Below are positions 54,064-62,274 of a stretch of 64,000 nucleotides of DNA, piece after piece. The DNA lies in the NCBI GenBank assembly GCA_021373255.1, contig JAJFTD010000123.1, positions 2,351 through 66,350 of the forward strand. The letters run 5' to 3'. The stretch comes from a bacterium (GTDB taxonomy: Bacteria > Armatimonadota > UBA5829). The translations under genes and the position numbers were made by a program. How positions within the stretch are numbered: position 1 is the stretch's first letter; each line of letters starts with the position of its first letter. The notes under the pieces are model-generated. The model saw nothing but the letters and a program-made list of their open reading frames with translations, ran no database searches and had not been told where the DNA came from.

Positions 54064-55881
54064 TTATAGATTAGGCGCAGGCGGGAGCCCACTAATCACG
54101 AACCTGTTCTCTTCTCCCTGAACCCAAGCCTGGCTTGTATCGGAAATATGCCTGCAATAAACTGTCCACTTCATAACTTTTTCCGAATAGTTAGCTAGTG
54201 TAGCAGCAAGGCTAATACGCTGAGCTGCAGGCAGTGAGATGGTCGGGTTAGTTTCGTATATTGGGCTGGACATATTGTTCCAACTCGGAGCTGATCCCGG
54301 AATTACAGGCTCAACTTTCACATAGTAGATGTCTGCCCCATCCTTGCGATTCCACTGCAAGTTTGTGATGCCCTGCTGAAGATCACTTATCTGAATCTCA
54401 GGAGCCGGCTCGCTAGCAACATAGGCCGGCGAAACAACATCCTGATTCCGAACTGGCTCTATAGCCGTAGCCACTATGGTGTTACTAACCGGCGTATAAT
54501 AATATTTTTCAGTATCGGATGATGTATCATCATCGTCAGTGGTCGAATCGTCGTCATCATCTTCATCAGTGCCAGTCACAACCTTATAAAGCACCCTGAC
54601 CTGATACGAGTGGGTAGTGCCGTAGGGTTCTGAAGCTAACTTATAACTCGCAGGACTGTAGCTTGTGGCTGGATTACTGGCAATCGTGAGGTAGTTAACT
54701 GTGACATCCCCACTGACACCGTAGATATCCTTGATGGTGGTCTTGCCCAAGTCCCAAGCTGTAGTCGGATCAAGAACTTTCACAGGGCGAGCGCCCTCAT
54801 CGAAGCTGTCTCTTAAAATCTGGAGTTGCAGCACATTAGTTCCATGCCCTAGCTTGCTGGGATCCCAACTAACCTGCGCCTGATCACTGGCGCCAATGTT
54901 CAATGCATCTTCTGAACCGCGGCCGGATTTGAACAACGATGCCAAACCGAAGACAATACCAGCGCCTAACAGGAATTTACCTATCTTGCTGATGGTTCCC
55001 TTGTGGGCCTTACCAGCCGCTGGAGCTCCAGTGGGAAGTGGGGCCGACGCAGCCGAACCGCCCAAATTTGGCATATCAAAGATAGCCCTGGCTTTGTCCT
55101 CGGGCTGAATGCCTCGCATGGACTTGATCACCTTGGCTTCGCTGTCGTTAGGGGAAACTGTGCGGATATCAATATAACCAATGATCTCTTTGTTCCGCAA
55201 AACGATCATTCGCATTCCAGGCTTTAGGCCATCGCGCACACCCTTGTTCAACATAACCTGGTCTTCGCCGATATTCATCTGAATAGTGGCCTCTGGAATT
55301 ACATAGTCCACCATTGTTTTCACGGCGAGGAATGCGGCATTGTTCACAGCCTCAACGATAAGTGCATCATCATCAGGAGCATATCCAACTCTTGCGCTGG
55401 ATGTACCAGTTTGAACAGCGCCGTTGAGGATCTCGCCCGAAGCCTGATCGATCATCTGAACGGCGAGCGTAACCGTGGCGCGCCTGGTAGCACCTGAACC
55501 CGCCAGTTGGACGGATTTGATGGCACCCTCAAGCATTGCATCCGCGCTAAGAGCCTCTCCTAATCTCACTAAGCCGATCTTGGAAAGCGGCATATGAAGG
55601 TCGAGTTTCTCCATCTCAGACTTAATCTGAGTCCGGGTGATGCTTACATCATACCGGCTAGTCTTGCTCATCTCCACGACTACTGCATCAGTCGCGAGCC
55701 TTGCAAGCAAATCGCCCTGTACTCCGGACTCGTTGACAAACTCAACGACTCCCACGGAATAAGTGGGCATAAGCTGCGCTCTGGCCGGTGACAGCGGCAC
55801 GGGCGCTATGGTGGATACGAGCGCTATGATGAGCGCGTAGCATATGCTCCTCACAGCCCTGCATTGCATTAGCTGCCTCAA
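54064..55881 (-). CDS. Multidomain envelope protein (605 aa): LpoB/CsgG-fold-like domain, TM segment, acidic linker and Ig/FN3-like domains
   Basis: TTG start has GGAGG 10 nt upstream. 'YSVGVVEFVNESG...LSADAMLEGAIKSV...ATVTLAVQMIDQASGE', internal TM 'FLLGAGIVFGLASLF', and 'DEDDDDDSTTDDDDTSSD'. Confidence 0.8.
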   Translation of the reverse strand: MRQLMQCRAVRSICYALIIALVSTIAPVPLSPARAQLMPTYSVGVVEFVNESGVQGDLLARLATDAVVVEMSKTSRYDVSITRTQIKSEMEKLDLHMPLSKIGLVRLGEALSADAMLEGAIKSVQLAGSGATRRATVTLAVQMIDQASGEILNGAVQTGTSSARVGYAPDDDALIVEAVNNAAFLAVKTMVDYVIPEATIQMNIGEDQVMLNKGVRDGLKPGMRMIVLRNKEIIGYIDIRTVSPNDSEAKVIKSMRGIQPEDKARAIFDMPNLGGSAASAPLPTGAPAAGKAHKGTISKIGKFLLGAGIVFGLASLFKSGRGSEDALNIGASDQAQVSWDPSKLGHGTNVLQLQILRDSFDEGARPVKVLDPTTAWDLGKTTIKDIYGVSGDVTVNYLTIASNPATSYSPASYKLASEPYGTTHSYQVRVLYKVVTGTDEDDDDDSTTDDDDTSSDTEKYYYTPVSNTIVATAIEPVRNQDVVSPAYVASEPAPEIQISDLQQGITNLQWNRKDGADIYYVKVEPVIPGSAPSWNNMSSPIYETNPTISLPAAQRISLAATLANYSEKVMKWTVYCRHISDTSQAWVQGEENRFVISGLPPAPNL

Positions 55882-56258
55882 CGATCGATTTCCTCCCTAA
55901 AGACAATTCCCTCAAACAACTTGCGGCCCATATACACTCAACCGCAAGCCAGCCAACACTACCCGCAGGGATCGCGAATAGTGCTTTTCTAGTCTAAGCC
56001 TCGTTCATTGAACAAAGCAAACTATCAGGTAGATATTCTCCGGGTAAGCAGGCCGATTGCATATAACTGTCGGGGCGTAATACGGGGACTTCCGCGTGGA
56101 TGATCGGACCTGGGGCACAACAGCCCGGCTCACTACGCCAGCCGCTCGTTCTCTCCAAGATGTCTACAACCTTCCACGGAAAGGGACACAAAACCATATG
56201 CCTTCCAACAGCCCGGTCCATAACTCATCCGCAATCAACTATAGCACAACTGCTCAGT

Positions 56259-56867
56259 TTAGGGCAAGAGTATTTCCTGCCACACAAGCCTAACTGATTG
56301 CTCCAAAGTCTCTAAGCTGCCATCGTTCCAGATTACCCTGTCAGCATGCGCAATCTTCTCGCTAATCGGCATCTGAGCGCCAATCCTGCGCAGAGCTTCA
56401 TCGCGCGAAATTCCACTCCTGCTTGTCAGACGATCAACTTGGGTCTGTTGTTCCGCTGCAACAAGCAATACTTCATCAACGATCCCCTCAAGACCACACT
56501 CAATAAGCAATGGTATCTCCACAGCCAGCACTGCTTGTGATGATGGGGATGATTTTCGGAACTTCTCTATCTCATCTTTGATTTGGCCGATGATGCGAGG
56601 GTGAGTAATTTCCTCAAGATCTCGCCGGGCCTGATCATCCGCAAATATGACCTCCGCAAGCTCAGGCCTATCTATACTGCCATCAGCACTCAGTATAGTC
56701 TCCCCGAACCTTTCGACCACCTCGCAATACGCAGGAGTGCCGACTGCCATGACCTCCCGCGAGATATCATCCGCGCTCAAGGTCCGGGCACCCAATCTTT
56801 CAAGCATCCTGAGCACCGTGCTTTTTCCGGTGCCTATACTTCCAGTAACTCCGATTATGTGTGGCAT
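56259..56867 (-). CDS. coaE: Dephospho-CoA kinase
   Basis: 'IIGVTGSIGTGKSTV' P-loop, 202 aa, typical CoaE layout. Confidence 0.9.
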   Translation of the reverse strand: MPHIIGVTGSIGTGKSTVLRMLERLGARTLSADDISREVMAVGTPAYCEVVERFGETILSADGSIDRPELAEVIFADDQARRDLEEITHPRIIGQIKDEIEKFRKSSPSSQAVLAVEIPLLIECGLEGIVDEVLLVAAEQQTQVDRLTSRSGISRDEALRRIGAQMPISEKIAHADRVIWNDGSLETLEQSVRLVWQEILLP

Positions 56868-56949
56868 GTGGTTTAGGTTGCGCGTTATGCGTTAATGAGT
56901 TATGTGTATGCGTCCGGTGTCATCTAAGTCATCTGTATTGACATTATAA

Positions 56950-56978
56950 TGGCCCGGCGCTTGCTAGCTGCCGGGCCA
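56950..56978 (-). terminator. Terminator-like hairpin downstream of rpsA
   Basis: tggcccggc/gccgggcca, a 9-bp stem, followed on the minus strand by ttataat. Confidence 0.5.
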
Positions 56979-57007
56979 GATACTAGAAGCCTTGCTATAT
57001 AAAATCG

Positions 57008-58684
57008 CTAAGCTTCGGTGTCTTCGGTCTTTTCCGGTTCGGAAGTTGCTTCGGGCTCAGCGGCCTCCTCTGTAGGAGTTTCTTCGACTACTGCTTCGGG
57101 CTCGACTGTCTCCTCAGCAGGAGTCTCTTCGACTACTGCCTCAGGCTCAGCGATCTCCTCAACAACAGGCTCGGCAACCGCAGCTTCTACTTCAGCCACG
57201 ATTTCCGCTTCCATTGCCATCTCCGCCTCTGCTGCAGCCATCGCATCTGCCTCGGAAATATCATCCTTGCGCGCAGCCTTAGCCCTAGCTTTCTTTGCTG
57301 GCTTCTCTTTTTCAACACTGAAGCCCAGATCGCCAAGCTGACTACCGATCAGGTCACCAATCGTAGTCCTGGTTTCAGGTCTGCTCTGGGTGTAGCTCCT
57401 GTATTCGGTATCGTCTCGCTCGCGCTCTTTCTGAGTCAAGAGTTGCCTGACTGACAGTGTCAGCCGCCGCTCTTCCGGCCGCAGGTCAATAACCTTAACC
57501 TCGACCTCCTGGCCAACGCTCACAACTTCCTCAGGATTGTTCACGCGCTTGAGAGCGAGTTCGGAGTTAGGAATAATGCCCTCAATTCCACCCTCGACCT
57601 GTACAAACGCGCCGAACGGAACCAGCCTGGAGATAGCGCCGGTGAAGACATCACCAACCTTATAAAGCCGCTTGATATCTTCCCACGGGTCGGGCAGAAT
57701 CTGCCTGAGACCCAGGGAAACGCGCCCCTGCTCCAAGTTCAGTTTCAGGACCATAACCTGCAGCTTCTGGCCAACCTTAACAACCTCGGACGGATGATTG
57801 ATCCTAGTCCACGACATCTCACTGATGTGCAGTAGACCATCAACTCCACCCAGGTCGATAAACGCACCGTAATCGGTAAGTCGCCTGACAACGCCCTCGC
57901 GGATCTGGCCAACAGCAAGCGTGGCAACCGTCTCCTGCCTGAGTGCATCTCTCTCTTCTTCGACAGCCAGCCTGTTAGACAGGACAACTTTCCTGCGCTC
58001 GCGGTCGACTTCGATGACCTTGAACGGCATGCTCTGCCCAACAAACTTGTCCAGATTCTTCAACTTGCCGCTCTGAACATGGGACGCGGGCACAAAGCCT
58101 CTGATTCCCAAGTCCACGACAAGTCCGCCCTTTACACGATCAGTGACCATCGCTTTAATGGTTTCACCATCAGCAAAAGACTTTTCCACACGCTCCCAGG
58201 CGTTCTCGAAATCTGCCCGCTTCTTGGACAGGATCGGGCCGCCGTCATGGCTCTCTGCCTCAACTACGTATACTTTAATCCTCTCGCCCACTGAAACAAC
58301 TTCTTCAGGCTCAAGGCTCGGGTCCCTGGTAAGCTCACTGGGCTTGATAGTCCCTTCGGACTTCGTACCCACGTCTACCAGTACGCCCTCCCTATCTATA
58401 TGAACCACCACCCCGTCGACCACGTCGCCAGGCGTAAGTGACTTGAAGGTCCCGGAGTAATCTACTCCGGTGTTGCTCATCTGAGCCATAGCAGCCTCCA
58501 TAGTCATCGGTTCTTCGGCCTCAGCAGCAGGCTCCGAAGCAACCTCAACCGGCTCTGCTTCTTTCGCAGGCTCGGCGTTCTCCGCCGGTGCCTCCGAGTC
58601 TACGTACGTAGTTCCAAACGGGGTTTCGGACATTTCGTGCACGTGAGCGGACTTTTGATCGCGCTCCACATTCTCGTCAGACAT
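57008..58684 (-). CDS. rpsA: 30S ribosomal protein S1 with acidic N- and C-terminal extensions
   Basis: Four S1 OB repeats (for example 'GDVVDGVVVHIDREGVLVDVG' and 'GVVRRLTDYGAFIDLGG'). ATG at 58684 has GAGGAG 9 nt upstream. Confidence 0.92.
   Translation of the reverse strand: MSDENVERDQKSAHVHEMSETPFGTTYVDSEAPAENAEPAKEAEPVEVASEPAAEAEEPMTMEAAMAQMSNTGVDYSGTFKSLTPGDVVDGVVVHIDREGVLVDVGTKSEGTIKPSELTRDPSLEPEEVVSVGERIKVYVVEAESHDGGPILSKKRADFENAWERVEKSFADGETIKAMVTDRVKGGLVVDLGIRGFVPASHVQSGKLKNLDKFVGQSMPFKVIEVDRERRKVVLSNRLAVEEERDALRQETVATLAVGQIREGVVRRLTDYGAFIDLGGVDGLLHISEMSWTRINHPSEVVKVGQKLQVMVLKLNLEQGRVSLGLRQILPDPWEDIKRLYKVGDVFTGAISRLVPFGAFVQVEGGIEGIIPNSELALKRVNNPEEVVSVGQEVEVKVIDLRPEERRLTLSVRQLLTQKERERDDTEYRSYTQSRPETRTTIGDLIGSQLGDLGFSVEKEKPAKKARAKAARKDDISEADAMAAAEAEMAMEAEIVAEVEAAVAEPVVEEIAEPEAVVEETPAEETVEPEAVVEETPTEEAAEPEATSEPEKTEDTEA
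57066..57175. repeat. 45-bp tandem repeat (about 2.4 copies) encoding the E/P/A/V-rich tail of S1
   Basis: Unit 57066-57110 against 57111-57155 is about 36/45 identical, and a partial third copy follows. It encodes 'EPEAVVEETP(A/T)EE..'. Confidence 0.8.
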
Positions 58685-59203
58685 TATCAAACACTCCTCT
58701 CGCGAGCTGGCCCTTCGCGGGAAACTCGCATAACTAGTCATCCGGGTGCAATCAACTTACAGCCCGGGGCAAGCCCTCATTACCGCATCAACGCGGAACT
58801 CACATCTCGCCACATCATTCAAGATCATCTGGTGACGAGACTACGCTTACGTTACCAATACTTGTCATAAGCATACGGTTAATAACGCCATATAATATAT
58901 CACATGCAAACGACAAGCTGCATGGTGTATAGTTAGACACCATACATCTTTTATCCTGCCCATGCAGGATGGACTTTCAGTTAATCCGAGGTACTATGAT
59001 AAACCCTTAATCAACCTGCGTCAACACATATAACGCGAATTAGGTAATTTCAACAGTATACTTAATTAGGACACCCACGTACCCCCGGCATAGACTGCGT
59101 CTGAGTTGGTTGTATAATAGTAATAACAGCGGCATTTTCCAAGGAATCGCCGATGAGGCTCATCGCGAAGGGACGAAAACGTACTATTTTCCGAGGAGTA
59201 ATA

Positions 59204-59971
59204 ATGGCATTGTTCAGCGGAGAATCAGCGAAGTTGGTCGGCGCGGGGCGGGTTGACCCTGATCCGAAATGGCAAATATCATCGCACTCTCACAGTTTCT
59301 GGGAGTTCATCTATTTCCTACGGGGAACCGGCCGCATAGATACCCCGCAAGCGACCATAAGACCGCAGCAATACCATTTAATAGTCTACCCGCCTGATCT
59401 GCCGCACGCAGAGATATCTGATCCAATAGAACCAGAGCAGACTATTTTCCTGGGTATCGAGATGCCTGAGACTCCACCCATAGGAGCCCACATGCTGCTG
59501 CCTGACCCAGCCGGTGAATTAGGATGGCTGTGTCAACGCATCCTTACTGAATACACGGCTTCAGGAGTCACCCCACTTGCGCGTGCTTACACCACCGCAT
59601 TCCTGCACTTGGTTCAGCGGGTAGTGGAACAAGGTGTTACAATAAAACATGATGCAGTAGATATAGCAGTGCAGTTTATTCACACTAACTATTCAAAACC
59701 TATCGGGCTCGATGAGCTTGCAAAAGCCGGATGCGTGAGTAAAACCCACCTGTCACACTGCTTCCACAGTCGGCTTGGCACCAGCCCGCTGCGTTACCTT
59801 CAGCAAGTCAGGATCGAGGCTGCAAAGCGACTATTGCTGACTACCACAACCCCCATCAACCAAATCGCATACGAAGTCGGGTTTGGAGACCCTCTATACT
59901 TCAGCAGGGTGATGAAGTCATCCACCGGTCATTCTCCGACCTCCTACCGCCGCAAAAACTCCGCAGGCTAG
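59204..59971 (+). CDS. AraC-family regulator (cupin sensor plus HTH)
   Basis: 'HSHSFWEFIYFLRG' is cupin-like, and the C-terminal 'LSHCFHSRLGTSPLRYLQQVRIEAAKRLL...GFGDPLYFSRVMK' is an AraC HTH. ATG at 59204 has GAGGAG 6 nt upstream. Confidence 0.85.
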   Translation: MALFSGESAKLVGAGRVDPDPKWQISSHSHSFWEFIYFLRGTGRIDTPQATIRPQQYHLIVYPPDLPHAEISDPIEPEQTIFLGIEMPETPPIGAHMLLPDPAGELGWLCQRILTEYTASGVTPLARAYTTAFLHLVQRVVEQGVTIKHDAVDIAVQFIHTNYSKPIGLDELAKAGCVSKTHLSHCFHSRLGTSPLRYLQQVRIEAAKRLLLTTTTPINQIAYEVGFGDPLYFSRVMKSSTGHSPTSYRRKNSAG

Positions 59972-60056
59972 TCTATACCTCCGGCAGTCACGTCCATTCA
60001 TACACCATTAGCGACAAAGTATAATCAAGCAACATATAACTCTTAGAGGTTGCTAT

Positions 60057-61157
60057 ATGAGACGCTTGAAATGGGTGAAGATCAAAATCGATGGCGGAGC
60101 GTATGAATCCGCCGGGGTTTTCGATGTGGACAATGATGGTGTGCTTGATATCGTCTGCGGCGGCTATTGGTATCAAGGGCCGCATTGGACCAGGCACAAA
60201 CTGTGTGACGTACTAGCCGAAGGAGAATACTTCGACGATTTCTCCACAATAACACTGGACGTCAACGGGAACGGCTACTTGGATGTGATCACCGGCGGCT
60301 GGTGGGGCCTGACTCTTCAGTGGCGTGAAAACCCTAAAGGTAAACCTGTGGAGTGGACGACACATGAAATCGACCAGTGTGGCTGCATCGAAACAACACG
60401 CGCTTGGGATGTGGATGGCGATGGAGAGTTGGAGATATGCCCCAATACCCCCGGTAACCCATTTGTTTTTTACAAGCTCGTAAGGGATGCTGACGGACGC
60501 GGCACGGGCCGGTTTAAGAAGTATTGCGTGTCGCCGGAGCCGGTAGGCCACGGGCTGGGGTTTGGCGATATCACGGGCAGTGGCAAGGGGTGCTTTGTTG
60601 TCAACAAGGGCTGGTGGGAACCTGGAGATGATCCATTGAACGATCCGTGGACGTTCCATCAGGAGTTCGACTTTGGCGGAATGGCAAGCGTGCCGATTAT
60701 TGTGGCCGATGTAAACGGCGATGGAATGAATGAAATCATCGTTGGCCAAGCCCATAACTATGGGTTGGACTACTATACCCAGGCTTTGAACAACGACGGC
60801 ACCAGAACATGGACCAGGCACCCGATAGACCCGTGGTTCTCGCAATATCACGACATGATGTGGTTGGACATAGACGGCGACGGGCAGTGCGAGCTTATTA
60901 CCGGCTGCAGGCATCGCGCTCACTGCGGAAATGAACCTGGTGAAGATGAGATGGTGGGATTATATATCTTCAAATGGAATGGAGAGAGCTTCACCAAGCA
61001 GGTCGTCGATTATGGCGCAGTGCCGGACCATTCTGGAACGGGGATATACTTCTCCGTGGCAGATCTGGATGGGAACGGGCTGTTGGACATAGTCGCGCCG
61101 GGCAAGGAAGGGCTCTACATATTCCGCAACCTTGGCTTCGAAAACATTGGGGAGTAG
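60057..61157 (+). CDS. FG-GAP/VCBS repeat protein without an obvious signal peptide
   Basis: Repeated 'D(V/L)D(G/N)DGxxE/DI' Ca-binding-like loops: 'FDVDNDGVLDIV', 'WDVDGDGELEI', 'ADVNGDGMNEII', 'LDIDGDGQCELI', 'ADLDGNGLLDIV'. Confidence 0.8.
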   Translation: MRRLKWVKIKIDGGAYESAGVFDVDNDGVLDIVCGGYWYQGPHWTRHKLCDVLAEGEYFDDFSTITLDVNGNGYLDVITGGWWGLTLQWRENPKGKPVEWTTHEIDQCGCIETTRAWDVDGDGELEICPNTPGNPFVFYKLVRDADGRGTGRFKKYCVSPEPVGHGLGFGDITGSGKGCFVVNKGWWEPGDDPLNDPWTFHQEFDFGGMASVPIIVADVNGDGMNEIIVGQAHNYGLDYYTQALNNDGTRTWTRHPIDPWFSQYHDMMWLDIDGDGQCELITGCRHRAHCGNEPGEDEMVGLYIFKWNGESFTKQVVDYGAVPDHSGTGIYFSVADLDGNGLLDIVAPGKEGLYIFRNLGFENIGE

Positions 61158-61164
61158 AAAAACA

Positions 61165-62217
61165 ATGGACAAGGTAAGAATCGGATTCGTCGGAGTCGGG
61201 GGCATGGGGCAGTGCGCTCATCTCAGGAACTATGTCACGGTGCCCGACTGCGAAGTAGTGGCTATCGCCGAGATCAGGCCCAAACTCGGGCAAAAAGTGG
61301 CCCAGCACTACGGGGTACCGAATGTATATACAACGCATGAGGAGATGCTGGCAACAGAGAAACTGGACGCAATAGTGGCGGCGCAGCCGTTTACCAGGCA
61401 TGGAATTCTGATACCGGAGCTTTACAAAGCCGGAGTGCCGGTGTTCACCGAAAAGCCACTGTCGGGGTCGATTGAGTATGGCGAAGCGATGCTGGAAGCC
61501 TTGCAAGCCAGCGGAACCTGGCATATGGTCGGCTATCACAAACGCAGTGACCCGGCTACTATGTATGCAAAAGCAGAAATAGACCGGCTGAAGAAATCCG
61601 GTGAACTCGGCAAGATGACATATGTCCGCCTTACGATGCCCGCTGGTGACTGGGTCGCAAGCGGATTTAATGATTTGATCATGACAGATGATCCAATGCC
61701 GGAGATGGAGTGGGAAAAACCGGCGAGTGATATGGACAAGGAAACAGCGGAGCTTTATTGCTCATTCGTCAACTACTACATCCACCAGGTAAACCTGCTG
61801 CGCCACTTGCTTGGTGAGCCTTATAAAGTCACTTACGCCGATCCATCACAGAAGATGCTGGCCGTCCAAAGCGACAGTGGGGTAGCTGGTGTAATAGAGA
61901 TGAGCCCCTATGTAACTACTATCGACTGGCACGAGGCCGCGCTTGTGGCGTTTGAGCAAGGATATGTGAAAGTCGAGTTGCCAGCGCCGCTGTCTTTGAA
62001 CCAGCCGGGACGAGTGGAGATAATGCGCGACCCCGGTAATGGCGTCACCCCTGAAACAACCTCACCCACCCTGCCATGGGTCCACGCAATGCGGCAGCAG
62101 GCGATGAACTTTGTAGCCGCCGTTAAGGGAGAGATGAAACCGATGTGCGAAGCCCCCGAGGCGCTTGAGGATTTGAAAGTGGCGAGGGAATATATAAGGC
62201 TGTTAAAGGGAAAGTAA
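61165..62217 (+). CDS. Gfo/Idh/MocA family oxidoreductase
   Basis: 'VRIGFVGVGGMGQCAHLRNY' Rossmann N-terminus. ATG at 61165 is preferred over the listed 61132. Confidence 0.85.
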   Translation: MDKVRIGFVGVGGMGQCAHLRNYVTVPDCEVVAIAEIRPKLGQKVAQHYGVPNVYTTHEEMLATEKLDAIVAAQPFTRHGILIPELYKAGVPVFTEKPLSGSIEYGEAMLEALQASGTWHMVGYHKRSDPATMYAKAEIDRLKKSGELGKMTYVRLTMPAGDWVASGFNDLIMTDDPMPEMEWEKPASDMDKETAELYCSFVNYYIHQVNLLRHLLGEPYKVTYADPSQKMLAVQSDSGVAGVIEMSPYVTTIDWHEAALVAFEQGYVKVELPAPLSLNQPGRVEIMRDPGNGVTPETTSPTLPWVHAMRQQAMNFVAAVKGEMKPMCEAPEALEDLKVAREYIRLLKGK

Positions 62218-62229
62218 GTCTCTTAAACC

Positions 62230-62260
62230 GTTGTGCCGGGATGCAGTGTCCCGGCACAAC
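62230..62260. terminator. Bidirectional hairpin between the convergent oxidoreductase and polA genes
   Basis: gttgtgccggga tgcagtg tcccggcacaac, a 12-bp perfect stem. Confidence 0.7.
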
Positions 62261-62274
62261 TATCAATCCATGCT

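Noticed and set aside
56100-56160. 'ccaggtccga...cggaagt' looks superficially like the SRP (4.5S) RNA conserved motif.
   Set aside because: It does not match the contiguous AGGUCCGGAAGGAAGCAGCC-type core, and no symmetric helix 8 can be formed.
57066-57175. A tandem repeat that might have been a CRISPR-like or minisatellite array.
   Set aside because: It is in frame inside rpsA, with 45-bp units and no spacers, so it is a coding low-complexity tail.
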